From NCBI RefSeq assembly GCF_900964775.1, contig NC_041806.1, positions 16,518,297 to 16,582,296 of the forward strand: a stretch of 64,000 nt of DNA, written 5' to 3'. The number at the start of each line of letters is the position of its first letter. Positions within the stretch are counted from its first letter, which is position 1. The notes below the pieces were generated by a model. That model worked only from the letters and a program-made list of their open reading frames with translations, was not told the DNA's origin and did not search any database. This stretch comes from Scleropages formosus. Its lineage: Eukaryota. Below are positions 1 to 12,132 of the stretch, in pieces. The position numbers were made by a program, and so were the translations under genes.

Positions 1-614
1 TTTTTTGACTGCAGTTGGTTGTTTGTCGGGACTCGAGGGCTCGCCTCTACACCGAGTTCAGAAAACGTGTCTATAATTTGTATATTGACGGAGGATAAGC
101 GGCAAAGGGGTTTTCGTTTTATTTCTGAGCCTCACATCCGATTGCGTTCCGCCGACAGACCGGTGGAGGTCGCGAGAACCTGCCGGTTCAGGCTGCCCGT
201 GAGACGCGTCTCCGGATGGTCTAGCTGTGCGCTTGGCTTGGTAGGACGCCTGACCCATGCCTGGACCATTTTTTTAAATTCAGCGGTATCTGAAGTAGTA
301 CAGGTGCGGTGTTCAGCGCACTGCCGGGAAACCAGTGGTTTTACGCTGTTAACAGGTGCAGCAATGCGGCGACGCCGGCGTAAACGGCCCATATGCATTC
401 TATATACATCGAATCGCAGTGTTGTGGCTGCGCTGGGCCACAGCTTGTTCACCACGTGGTGTGTGCGTGATGCAGGCGAGAAGCGCTCGCGTGGGGTAGC
501 CGTAGCCTAGGAGGTCCGTATCGGGCGCGAGCGCGCGCTGGCTTCCAGCGGGTCGGGTGGCTGATGGTACAAGGAGACAAGGGCGAAGACTTGAGACGCG
601 GTTATTTACCGAAC

Positions 615-676
615 ATGACTGAGGAGTGCAGTCGTTGCAGGTTTGCTTCCGGTGACCAGCTGCAGTTAAGAGACGG
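615..676 (+). other. Candidate first coding exon in the GC-rich block: ATG then 20 codons then a GTAAGT donor
   Basis: gaacATGa context. MTEECSRCRFASGDQLQLRDG, then gg|gtaagt at 677. No downstream exons identified. Confidence 0.2.
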
Positions 677-825
677 GTAAGTGGTGTCCACTGTGTCCAC
701 GAGGCCGATCAAAAGGCGACAAAACAAATGGTGCAGGAAGGCCGTGCTGTGATGAGTTGCATGTTAGTCCGTGTTTCACCTGAAAATCACATGATTACAC
801 ACATGCGCTGAGCAGGTCATCTCGT

Positions 826-848
826 AAACTTTTTTTTTTTTTTTTTTT
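826..848 (+). repeat. (T)23 homopolymer terminating the GC-rich 5' block
   Basis: gtaaacttttttttttttttttttttttggtctg. Confidence 0.9.
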
Positions 849-1164
849 GGTCTGTTCCTGAGTGACATTACATTTTCACTTGTATTTACATTTACCTCCT
901 GTTCTTCGGTAGATCCTGAAACCAGGAAGGAGAGGATCGCTGCTCCTACACTTCTAGACTTGTCCAGCACAGTTCTGATGCAAAATTTTATGTAGTTTTA
1001 TAACTTAATAAAATATACTGGCTATGCACTTGGTGTCTGTGGAAGTTTCTTGAAGGGTAAAAGTCCCATAATTTCCTTGTGTTCCTATAAATATGGTCTT
1101 TAAGAACTTAAAATGTTTTTCTAATATGTATTGATTTCAAATAAAACATTTCTGCATTATGTCG

Positions 1165-1375
1165 ACACACACACACATTTTCAGAACCGCTTGTCCCATA
1201 CGGGGTCACGGGAAACCGAAACCTACCTGGTAACACAGGGCGTAAGGCCGGAGGGGGAGGGGACACACCCAGGACGGGATGCCAGTCCATCACAAGGCAC
1301 CCCAAGCAGGACTCGAACCGCAGACCCACTGAAGAGCAGGACCCAGTCCAACCCACTGCGCCACCGCGCCCCCTC
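1165..1375 (-). mobile_element. tRNA-derived SINE (family A) with (CA)n at the low-coordinate end
   Basis: Reverse complement of the consensus ggggtgcggtggcgcagtgggttggac...gttcgagtcc...ccgtatgggacaagcggttctgaaaatg(tg)n. Confidence 0.85.
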
Positions 1376-2189
1376 CATTATGTAGACCTGAAGTCTATTT
1401 TTCAGTCCATTGAAGTCCAAGGGGAGACAGAAGTTATGAAATGGTGGAGACCTCATTCATAATACAACTTATCCTAAATTTACATCAATGCTCTTTGAAG
1501 AGTTTCAGTTCCTTCAAGGGCTTAATGCCAATACAAAACATCAGTTTGGAAGAGAATAAATAAGCAGGTTTGTGCAGTACTGTTGCCCTGTTTCTAGGAT
1601 TAAACTTACTTGAATGTTGTGGGGCACATTTATTGCAAGATCATATTGGAATACATAAATGAGGTATTGCATACAGTGTACTGTGCATTACTGTGGTACA
1701 ATGGGTTAAATCCTTTATTCCTTACTGCAGGAGCCAGTATGACAGCTGCCCCCCCACTCTTATCTTTGCTTCCAGTGGTTCTTGGTGAATATAAACACCT
1801 TAAATATACAAGCAGGAGTGAATTACACCAACTTTCTATAAAACATTCCTGTTAAACTATTACATACTGTATATTGATATTCTATCATTTTTGTGTGTTT
1901 TATTTTCCCTTTGTGTAAATAAAACTTATTTCAAGGTCAAACGATGTATGAATTTAGAGTGCCAGTTGGATATTAACAGTTGTCTATAGTTTTGGAAAAC
2001 TGAAAATATTCCTACGTGCATGTCTAATTTCTGGAAAACCTAGTTGAATGACCCAAGGCGCTTATTGCAGGATGGAACGCTGAATTTCTTCAGCGAGTTG
2101 GAACTTGAGCGCTTCTGTGAATGTAATTTACATTTTTGCCACTTGGCCCATGTTGGTAGTGCTCACTTCACATCCATTCTGGTGGGATC

Positions 2190-2300
2190 ACTAACCGTTC
2201 TAATTTATAAATTACAAATTACATTAAAAATTACATTTATTAATTTAGCAGACGCTTTTCCAAGCGACGTCTCATAGAAAATGTGTGTATTACCTTAGCA
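2190..2300 (+). repeat. Short repeat carrying the inverted L2-tail motif (acatttattaatttagcagacgcttttccaagcgac...)
   Basis: Shared with 19790-19870 and 57062-57230. Confidence 0.55.
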
Positions 2301-2648
2301 GAAAGAGAGACTTAAATGCAGACACGTGATTCTAAGCACAGTTATCACTTTCCACCATGTACATCACACGAGTAGCTGCCTCAAAGTTCATCCGTTATTC
2401 AACAGTTATCTGAAATGTTATAGCGCATAAACATTTCCACATTAGTGCTTAAGGGATGGGAGAAGTGAGTCCGGAAGAGGTGAATTACATTTCAGAAGAA
2501 GTACCCATTAACATATTTCTTTGCAGTACATATTAGAATTACAGAAATTTTTATATATAACAGCCAGTTAAACAAGTATTATTAAAAAATTTTCATAGAA
2601 GTTTGCGAAGGTAGGTCAAAATGTTCTGCATTGTTAGGAACGTTAATT

Positions 2649-2731
2649 GTCAGGATGGCCGAGCGGTCTAAGGCGCTGCGTTCAGGTCGCAGTCTCCCCT
2701 GGAGGCGTGGGTTCGAATCCCACTTCTGACA
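2649..2731 (+). tRNA. tRNA-Leu(CAG): tRNA-Leu (anticodon CAG), 83 nt with long variable arm
   Basis: The sequence gtcaggatggccgagcggtctaaggcgctgcgttcaggtcgcagtctcccctggaggcgtgggttcgaatcccacttctgaca is near-identical to the vertebrate tRNA-Leu-CAG consensus. It has an internal A box (tggccgagcgg) and B box (ggttcgaatcc), a T-run at 2738-2741, and one acceptor-stem change that gives a G-U pair. Confidence 0.9.
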
Positions 2732-3035
2732 AGTTGCATTTTATTTTCTATTTTAAACATTCTAGTACTTTCCGAAACTACAATAAACAGTTATTACCAT
2801 ATTGCTTTTATTCGGCGGCTGATTAGATATACGAGGCGTACGAGTAGGCAACTCCTCGGTCCAGTCGATTAGGAGACTCGTCAATCAGCGTTGCTCAGCC
2901 ATATATACGTTTCACATTAAACATAAAAGATATACATTTTTGCCTCAAAACTTAAACCCTGCTAACAGTCTTTTATTAGTTTTGCGCCATTTTGTTCGCC
3001 ACTGGATGTTAGAAAGCAGGCAACAGAGAGATAAA

Positions 3036-3150
3036 AAAAAACCCTTAAAGGAAAATGACATACCATACGTCACAAAAAGGATAATAATTAACATCCTTTT
3101 ACATTATTATTAGCAAGATTAATTGCATTTGTTGCTCACATTCAGCACTA
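3036..3150 (+). repeat. Copy 1 of a local ~110-bp duplication downstream of the tRNA-Leu gene
   Basis: ...aaaggaaaatgacataccatacgtcacaaaaaggataataattaacatccttttacattattattagcaagattaattgcatttgttgctcacattcagcactaga. Confidence 0.7.
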
Positions 3151-3390
3151 GAGGAACTGCTTTTGTTGCGAAATTCCTTTCCGTAAGTGACGTAAAACGG
3201 CATTTCTGGACAATTTGTAACATGAACAGGCAACTCTAAGTTTAGCCTCTTTTTTTGTTTTATAGCCGGAAGTCGAGGCTGTTTGTTTCTTTCTTTCTTC
3301 TCACAATTTCAAACAGTCCTGTCTCTGTAACCCTGCTTTCAAGTGATAAATCACTGTAACATAAACATTTCCGTGTTCATATACAGAATC

Positions 3391-3500
3391 GCCCCTCAAA
3401 GGAAAATGACACACGTCACAAAAATGATAATAATTAACATCCTTTTACATTATTCTTAGCATGATTAATTGCATTGTTGCTCACGTTCAGCACTAGACTA
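3391..3500 (+). repeat. Copy 2 of the same duplication (about 90% identical, 355 bp downstream)
   Basis: ...aaaggaaaatgacacacgtcacaaaaatgataataattaacatccttttacattattcttagcatgattaattgcattgttgctcacgttcagcactaga. Confidence 0.7.
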
Positions 3501-4084
3501 AAGGGACATCGGGAACCCCGCGAACTGCCCTCCCTCTCAACAATGGGCGCCATTCCCGCTCGGGAACTCGCGCACGGCACGTAAGCAGAAGTACTCTAGG
3601 GACTGGTTGCTGCATCACTAAGGGGGTGGGAATTCCAAGGAAATTCTCTGCAACATGAAACTGCTGCCTTACTGTCCAAAGTGTATCGTCATCATGGCCA
3701 GCGTTTAAAATGACTAAATTAGGTTTTGTGTAACATGTCTGCCTGAAAGCAGAAAACTGCTAACTGGCAGTGCTGCTTCAGCTCAGCTTGGGACACTTCC
3801 TAACCAAATCTGCATTTAATGGATTATTTTTGTGCTCTTAGTACATTTTATGTGAGAGAATCACTGCGAATATAAAGTTTTTTCGTTAAATTGTAACAAT
3901 TAGTATTCCACTTTGTCTTTTTGAATCATGGAAGATTATTTTATGTAGTGCCATGGTCTTGGAGGAACATTGTTTCATTTCACTGTGTACTGTACCAGCT
4001 GTATATGGTTGAAATGACATTAAAGCATCTCTTGAGTCCTGAGTCTCTATATCTCGGCCAAGAGTCTGGGAGAAACAATTGACT

Positions 4085-4990
4085 CGAGTCAGTCTTTCTG
4101 TTGGCGCATCGAAGCCGCAACCCGGTCCTGCCGATACATCCTCCATAATATTCATAGGATCTGTCCCTACCTCACAATTGACTGCACAATTACTTGTCCA
4201 GGCCATGGTGACTTCCAGTCTAGACTACTGCAACTCTCTCCTGTGTGGCCTTCCTTCTACTGCCATCAAACCTCTGTAGCTGATACAGAATGCTGCTGCA
4301 CGAGTTGTGTTCGATTTGCCAAAGTATTCCCACGTATCTCCTCTACTCATTTCTCTGCACTGGCTTCCTATAGCTGCCTGAATCAAATTCAAGACCCTGG
4401 TTATTGTCTACAAATGCATCAATAGAGCTGCTCCCAGCTATTTACAAGACTTGATCATCCACTACATCCCAGCCAGACCTCTTTGGTCATATACTTCTGC
4501 TCGATTGGTGGTCCTGCACACGAGAGGTAAAGCACAGAGGTTCTTGGTTCCGGCTCCATTGTGATGGAATGACTTTCCCCTCTCACTCAGAACTACAGAC
4601 ACTGTCTACATTCAAGAAGGGTCTGAAAACTCACCTCTTCTGGACCCATTTTGCCCAAGATCTCTCCAGCTCACCTGTGGTGTAAAAGTTTATGCACCGT
4701 AACTTCATGATCTTCTCCAGATAGGCCTTTACACAACCGCTACTCCAGTAATTGTATGTGATTGGTTGTTTGTGTACCTTGTTCTTAAAAAAAAATTTGG
4801 TAGGATTCATCTATCCTGCATTTTATGCACCTACTCAATTTATGAACATTGCTGCCTCAAGAGGAAGGTAGCAAACTAAGTTTACTTAATCACGTCTGCA
4901 GCCATGTCTCTTTCTCTTAATGTAATGCATAAATTGTATTTTTGCTGAGATGTACATCACTTTAGAGAAAAGCATCTGCTAAATGAATAA
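4085..4990 (+). mobile_element. 3' end of an L2-like LINE (ORF2 C-terminal remnant plus 3' UTR with conserved tail)
   Basis: Degenerate C-terminal ORF2 motifs (LDYCNSLL, LIQNAAARV, HVSPLLISLHWLP, FKKGLKTHLF) followed by the tail ...gctgagatgtacatcactttagagaaaagcatctgctaaatgaataaatgtaaatgta. Confidence 0.75.
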
Positions 4991-7900
4991 ATGTAAATGT
5001 ATACTGAGACAATTTTGAGACGCCCATTCCAATATCTGCTCAGGCCCACAGCTGAGACGGATCAAAAGATTATGAAAGTAGGGGTCAGTTGACGTAGTAG
5101 AGACTTGTACCTGCACAGCACCTAACAAACTAACCTGACCTAACTGTACTTGCCCTCAGAGACAGGATGTGGGAACCTGCTCCTGCGACACAGCCCTTTC
5201 ATGTGTTTTCATGTGACACCCCTGAAAGATGCTAGCTGTTAGCAATACACTACATATAGTAACTTAGTTATACACTAATGTGTTCAGCATCACCTTCAAC
5301 ACTGTCATGAGGACATTGGTGCAGCTTTTTACTCCAATTATGAAACTGTTGACACTTAGTTTGGATTATAAGAAGCCACACAAGAACATTTGGCCCTGTG
5401 TGTTAAAACTGAACAAGTGTTTTGTATCTTTGCACAGGAGAATTTCTATAGTGCATTTTGTATAGCGTGAAAATGACAAACGGGCACCTCAGGCCCAGAC
5501 TCATAGTGCTGGTTTCCCAAATCATAGGACCAAGTTCTTCTTAAGGAGAATCTCCATTCAGACAGAATTCCAGAACAAGACTTAAACTCTCCCTGTGAAA
5601 CCAGTCCATAATGTTTTTAGGGCAATTTGGAGACTTGGAACACCAAAAGATTTACAGCCAGTTTTTGGAACTGCACTACTTCTTTGAATTAAGCTTCAAG
5701 GTTGGGCTACACACATTGAATTTTGTTTAATTCTGCATACTCTGCATATAACCTCAATGTGCACTTCAGGACAGCACTACGATACCTGCACACATCACAA
5801 AAAAAAAAAAACAGAACACCTGTTCCACACATATGCATATTTATTGTAAAAAATACATATAAAACAACTTTTTTTAGACATACAAAAGATTTGGGCATAT
5901 AAACAGTATCAGAATTGAAACCAGGAGAACAATCAATTTGAATAATACATATTTACAATTTAATAAATAAATACTAAATTGTTAAATAGACTGAGAAGGC
6001 AGATTGTCCACATTTCTCAATGCAACAAATTCAAATGTCTAGGTAATGATCGTCACTGATCGTAATACATCTGCGCTTCAAAATTCATCATTACTATTAA
6101 AGCCAGAAGTTAATGTGGAGGCTGTGTGTATTTGGAGAATTATGTTTATGCTTTCAAGTCTTTTGGTTTTGGGTTTAAAAAAAAAAAAAAACACCTTGGG
6201 AATTGTACCCATGGAAGTAAACTTTAAATTATTGCACCACAAATGAGAAGGGGAAGTGGAAGGGAACGTTTAATCCAACATGATGTGGACTTTCTTTGAC
6301 CCACTGGTACAAAACAATCACCATCACCATCAACCACTAATCATGTTTAATATAATTTGTGCCAACAAAACTTACACTGTCACTGGAGTTTCCAGGGACT
6401 TCTCAAATCAAGACAGTGTATGGGAGACAAGGGCAACCTTGACAGAATCCCTACACTGTGGTGGGACCATTGCACCAAATGAGACGGGAAATTTGAAGGG
6501 GGGGGGGGGGGGGAATAAAAACCCTGCACGGAGACTACATGACCATCCCTAAACCTCACTCCAACATCTCTTGGCTACAAAACAAATGAGACATGTGGAA
6601 AAAGACAAAAGCTGTAAATAATTAAAAATAAAGAAGAAATTGTGAAAGCCGACCCCAAAGGATGTCAGCAGCAGCAGTTCTGCAGATTTCTGACCCATAA
6701 ACACACCTGCAGAAAATTAAAATGTCCACAACCAGACTGAGCCCAGCAGTTGTTTCATCCATAGAAAAACCAAAAGCATTTTAATAAACACAGCAAACAT
6801 TCTTACATGAATATCTATATGAGCTACAACCCCTTTTCTTTGAGTTACAGAACGACAGCTGCGGGTCTGCTCACACTGCTTTGTTGATCTAATCAGGGTT
6901 ATTATAATAATAAGCTCCTGGATTTGTGACCAATCTCCCAGGGAGGGCAGTAATTCTCATCGGCTGGTCACTGCTCCAGCTAGAGGCCAGACGGCAGCCA
7001 TATGGAGCAAAGTTTTGTCCCTGTGGTGCACAGGGATGTTAAAAGAACACCGGCTCTTTTAAAGCAAACAACTACGTCCAAAACATTTTCCCCTGCACCA
7101 GCTGGAGCTCCAGTAGTCAGGTCATTCAGGTAACACTGTTGGCTGTAAAGCATGGAGTGAACAGCTCCTGAGTTCAACAACCATCTACTGCAGCGTTGTT
7201 CATAACTGTCTCAAAGGTTCAGACACGGTTTTAAAGTGCTAAATGTGGCTGTGACACAGTAAGGGAGACAGTGCTTTGGGACAGGCCACTAGCTCTCCCA
7301 AATCACCATGGTACAGCACACATCAGAAAGGTAGACATATGGTTTTCCTTGGCACTGGCATGGCTAAATACTACAGCGATAATGGGTAATGTGTGTACTG
7401 GCAAGGTCTAAGCAGGAGGGAACCCCAGTGAAGACTGGCACACTACTGCTTCCCACCCTGACTTAGAGACACCGCAGTGGTGAAAAAGTAACCACAGGTG
7501 GCTGTGTCCTCAAAAAACATTTCTGGTTGTGGAAACATTACAAAAACATTGTAAAAATGTGACAACTCCAGAAGAGAGTTGCCCTTCAGATGTAACAGTT
7601 TGGCATCAACCCAACAGTTTGCTGGACAGTCCACAAAGAGAGAAAACTTGTGACAAACTAATAGAGGAACAAAAACAGCACTGAAGTCAAACACCTGGTC
7701 ACTCGCAGAAAAGCCTGCTTAGGATTCTTCCTTTCCATGACCTGGAGTCCCCTTGGCAACACCAGTGAAAACACATTGAAAACACACACCTTTCTTCGCA
7801 GAGCTCCCTGTAAAACCTATTGGTACCACGCTGGAACAGTTGAGGCTTTAATAGCAAAAGCCAAGCATCGTTTTTTTACTAACCTTAACAGTTTGGAAAA

Positions 7901-8368
7901 GTGATGAAATAAAGCGCATTCTCTTGGTTCCAGAGTGTGACAAAAGTTTACACTCGAGCGCCGAGCTGAGCTAAACACAAGTTAGCCGTGACACCAGCCA
8001 TCGCTCAGTCGCAGCAAACATAGGTCTTGAAGTTCTTCTGCATTTTCTTTTTTGCACAGTTGCAACAAATTCTGCCCTGAAGGGGGAGGAAAAGAAAAGA
8101 AGCAAATGTACATTTCAGAACTTGCAAATACAATTTGTAGTCAATCAGATCGATGAGAGACAAGGATGAGAACAAAGACACGACATGCAGACATACACAT
8201 ACACGTGTGGAGCAGACACAGGATCTCGCAGCGAAGATCAGAAGCTTTATGTCTTCACACACAAAACCAAAGCAAAGTTTGTCAGAGGAAGAGAAAGAGG
8301 AAGTGTACATATGCTCTAGCACTTGCATACATACTTTACCTGTAATGTTCAGACGCTTGACAAGAAGT

Positions 8369-8426
8369 TCAGTCAAAGGGGTGCTCTGGACAGCAGGCTT
8401 TCACTTTGCACCATGAGTCAATACAG
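8369..8426 (-). CDS. Putative terminal exon completing the RING-like finger, then a stop
   Basis: Acceptor ctctttccag|ctg. Translation (S)CIDSWCKVKACCPEHPFD*, comparable to Arkadia CVDQWL...KKCPICR; the last ligand is His instead of Cys. Confidence 0.35.
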
Positions 8427-8590
8427 CTGGAAAGAGTGAAGAGAGCTCATCATTACCTCCCACCATGAGCACTTCAATATCAAATATTATAACCACCCAT
8501 TCAGCTACAAAGACAACAGTAAAGAATGTTACTGCTATGCAGCACATCCCAACGCTGCCAACTGCTCAGGTCATTACCCATGATGCTTAC

Positions 8591-8696
8591 CTCTTGTGGT
8601 AGACACAGAGGCAGGCAAGACGGGCAATTGTCTCCCCCTGAATCAAATCCTCCAGGCAAATGGAACATTCCCCAGAGTCCTTGGCCAGAGTGTCAG
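8591..8696 (-). CDS. Putative exon encoding the first part of a RING-like finger
   Basis: Pyrimidine-rich acceptor ...tttttccctatcgcactaaag| and strong donor ag|gtaagc. Translation (T)DTLAKDSGECSICLEDLIQGETIARLACLCVYHK resembles Arkadia/RNF11-type RING-H2 (CxICL..L..GE..RRLPC.H.FH), but the H4 position is Cys. Confidence 0.5.
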
Positions 8697-8917
8697 CTTT
8701 AGTGCGATAGGGAAAAAGACAAGGTGGATCATGTCAGATAAGGCTTCTCAGCATTTAAAAACCACACAGATGCCTGTTTCTATCTACATAGATCATTAAT
8801 ATTTACATTCATTCTTCTAATAAAAATTAATTCTTTGATGCCCTGTTGTTAACTACTTGGCCCAAAGCCTATCCCTGAAGCTAACCACTGAATACATCCT
8901 CCATAGAGCAATCCCAC

Positions 8918-9132
8918 TCACACACACACACACACTTTCTGAACCGCTTATCCCATACGGGGTCGCGGGGAACCGGAGCCTAACCCGGCAACACAGGGCG
9001 TAAGGCCAGAGGGGGAGGGGACACACCCAGGACGGGACGCCAGTCCGTCGCAAGGCACCCCAAGCGGGACTCGAACCCCAGACCCACTGGAAAGCAGGAC
9101 CTGGTCCAACCCACTGCGCCACCGTGCCCCCT
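8918..9132 (-). mobile_element. SINE family A copy (in intron of the putative minus-strand gene)
   Basis: Same consensus with a (ca)n tail. Confidence 0.85.
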
Positions 9133-9134
9133 CA

Positions 9135-9300
9135 CCTGTACACACTAGGGACAATTTAGTCACCAATTCACATCTTTGGACTGTGGGAGGAAACCAGAGC
9201 ATGAAGAGAAGATGCAAGCCTCACACAGACTGAGGTGGATTCAAACCACAACACCCCCCATGACGGTGCTGCCCTTGCTTTACCAGTGGTACCATTTACT
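9135..9300 (-). repeat. V-SINE-like repeat fragment, reverse orientation
   Basis: acactagggacaatttagtcaccaattcacatctttggactgtgggaggaaaccagagcat... A similar copy lies at 51490-51700. Confidence 0.6.
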
Positions 9301-9392
9301 CTGATATCTTGCATTTTTTGTACTTGTCCTTTTTTTGCAAGAACAATTATACAATAATTTGGTGAAACAACTAAAGTGTCCAAGATACTCAC

Positions 9393-9488
9393 TGTTGTAG
9401 GGGAGTGGGGGGGACGTGAGGCAGCTCAGCAGGTGGTCTTCAATCCTACTGCCTGGAAAAGGCTTGGAGCAGAAAGGACAGCGGATTG
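9393..9488 (-). CDS. Putative exon encoding a UBZ4-type (RAD18-like C2HC) zinc finger
   Basis: Minus-strand acceptor ctctctctag|caatcc and donor aaca|gtgagt. Translation IRCPFCSKPFPGSRIEDHLLSCLTSPPLPYN has the spacing C-P-x-C-x11-H-x3-C seen in RAD18 CPVCGVNIPESHINKHLDSC. Phase 1 in and out, compatible with the neighbouring exons. Confidence 0.45.
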
Positions 9489-11189
9489 CTAGAGAGGAGA
9501 GAGGAGAGGCAGGAAGGTGTCATCACAGCATATGTGCTGCATCTGGGTAGAAACTGCAGCATTTCAAGCACACCCTGAAGGACAGTGGGGCAGGTGGACA
9601 AGGGAGCAAGACCCAGACAGACACAGTAAGAGGGTTAGTTTATACACAGCATGTGTCTTGGAGTGAGGCTGAGCAGGTAACAGGAATGTACTGAGCGCAT
9701 CCTTTCAAGACTCACAAAAATTCAAATCATTCGCCACCCAAAATTAAAAATATTGTCAGTCTCAGACTTGGGGGGATGGTGGGGGGGGGGGGGGGGGAAA
9801 CAACCCCAGACACAGACCTTCCAACTGTTGCCAATTAAACACAAACCATTAAGCCATGATTAAGAGGCTAATGGGATCATTTGCAGAAAGAAAAGAGGAA
9901 AAAAAAAAAAAAAAAATTCTCCCAGGCAGACTGAACTGTATTATGCCAGGCAACGTGACCGTGTCCCTCGGATGAATCTGTTTCCGTATCTGAGGAGTTT
10001 CTAAAATGAGCTCAGTGGAATCAAGGCAGTCCACTCATAAAAAACAAAAAAAAACAATAAAATAAACCAGACAACTGGCATTACTGCATTTTCACTGTTG
10101 ACAAGATCGCTTGTCTGCCCTCTTGACACACAAAACTGGACCGCTGCCAAGTAAACGCAAGAGACACTGACCCACTTTACCACGATGGCCTGTAGGCGCA
10201 GCTCGGCGGACAGAGGAAAGCCCTCTGGTGCACAGGCTCTGTTGGCAACGCAGGACAGACATGCACACACAGATACTCCTCCAAGCACCGCGTTCCCAAC
10301 ACACGCGGCACCGACCGCTCACACTTGCAAGGAGAACAAATACCTGTAACTCGGCTGCATAACAGAAAATGCGAGTCTCAACATGAGAATTTCTGAGCAG
10401 AGACCCCCCGGCCTTCTTCAGTGCCAAGTGCCGTTAAAAAGAAGTTTGCACAACTTTCACAACACATCCTCCTCTCAACCGCATTGCTTAAGTCATGTTC
10501 TTAGCCAACAAAAGGTGCGGCATTTGGACTACTGGTACCGATGGGTATTCTGCTCAACAAACGTGGACAGCGGTGGGGGAACCATGCTGTAACTTTTAAA
10601 GAGGTTTAGACACCACAAACAGGAGCTCATGGGGGAGAGACCACGGGGCCAGGTGTGAGACACGGCCATGAAGGCATGGTGCCTCTCCCAGGACCTTCAC
10701 TGCTCCCTTCTGGTTCAACCAGCACACCTCAGACTTCAGTCCCAACACCAAGTTATCTCACCTGCAGAGATATACCAAGAGTTGAATGTAATAGCGACTG
10801 GCAGAAGGATGATTTCACAGCCTTGGTTAAGTCTGGGGTGCGCTTGGACAGCAGGCTGGAGTGACCCAGCACCACATGAGGGCTCGCAGGTCACAGCTGG
10901 AGATGTGGACTTGGACAAAAGAGTCTGCTAAATGAACAGATGTGGATGTATGCAACAGCGTTGCTAGGGCAGCTCTACAGATGATGCCAACAGGCCGAAA
11001 AAACAAATCAGGAAGTCTGTTTCAGTCCCGTGAGTTAGGCTAGAGTCTCTGAAGGGACTTGTAGACATCCACTCTAAAACTGCTCTCCATCATAAACAGT
11101 CTCACCAGAGCTGAAGATAAGAGCTCAGTTGTGTTACCTGGGGTCCCTCTTGCCACTTGGGCTTCACAATGAGTCCTCTCACTGTTGGA

Positions 11190-11190
11190 G

Positions 11191-11222
<32 letters not shown>

Positions 11223-11260
11223 CTGCTTGACCCATACGGGGTAGCCGGAGCCTAACCCGT
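11190..11260 (-). mobile_element. Truncated SINE family A tail fragment with (CA)14
   Basis: acacac...agaactgcttgacccatacggggtagccggagcctaacccg. Confidence 0.7.
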
Positions 11261-12132
11261 CTATTGCTACGCATTTTCTTTATTTGCACACTTTCGCAGT
11301 CTCATGGACACCTGTCAAAACACGACAGTAACTGTCCAAAGTCATCTGCCACTGTATTGTTGGGTATATGCTGCTATAACCTTGTGACATTCCCCCTGGG
11401 ATCAATGAAGTTCTTACCTATCAATGTATTGATTATCAGTAAATGCATCACTCAAGGGTACTGTGGCAGTAGCATGGAGAAAGGCTGGAACTGGTGACCT
11501 CTGGGCTAAAAGTCCATGTTTGTCATGCTAATAGTTTTGTTAAATGCCTGCACATTGTCAATGAGCTTTGGAACCCATGTACTGCTGCTACTGTGGGACA
11601 GTTTTGGTCACTCGAACAAAACCAGTCATTATCACCAGGAGCAGAACTTGTGTGTGCTGAACACATAGTTCTGGAGGTAAAAAATTAATTAAAAGTAACC
11701 TCCGGTTAAAGTATTTAACATGACTGCTTATAATGCATTTTACACATCTGTGTATTATTACCATAACAGCATGTGTAAAAATTTATATAAACAAACTTCA
11801 ACTCAATACTGTCGAGTAACAAGTTTCTAATCTTACCCACAATGTAAACACCTGTCACGATAAAGGAATTTAAAAAAAATAATCTGTGTTTCTGTTTACT
11901 TTGCAAACAAACAAACAATCACAATGCATCTGGCTGGGGAAAATTTTAAAAAGCATGCAAGGTTTTATGTAGCTGCTCAGTTACTGCAAAATTGATAATC
12001 CTGTTGCAGCTTCTGCTTCTATGTGACATAGTATGTCATTGCTTAAGGCGGGCATGATTATTTTACTGTGTCTGTCTGTAAGTGAAGAGCTGATATCATG
12101 CGTCAATACGGGCGTTATGACAGGCTGAACAA

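Noticed and set aside
19-510. 163-aa plus ORF at the window start
   Set aside because: It lies in the GC-rich block and has no recognisable motif. I treat it as a side effect of the CpG-rich region; see the finding on 100-850 for alternative interpretations.
826-1100. T23 run as the poly(A) tail of a minus-strand retrocopy
   Set aside because: The flanking 850-1100 sequence shows no coding or repeat similarity that I can recognise. A homopolymer microsatellite or Pol III terminator is at least as likely.
1131-1385. Short ORFs with recurring [26 protein letters not shown] peptides (also 8853-9217, 30770-31120, 49098-49402, 53153-54103, 56303-56959 and others)
   Set aside because: All of them are translations of SINE family-A copies in various frames.
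10092-10427. Cys-rich 111-aa minus ORF (CRVCWERGAWRSICVCMS...)
   Set aside because: It is Cys-rich only because the sequence is TG/GC-rich. There is no zinc-finger spacing, no splice signals that match in phase, and no similarity. Possible intronic sequence of the minus-strand gene.
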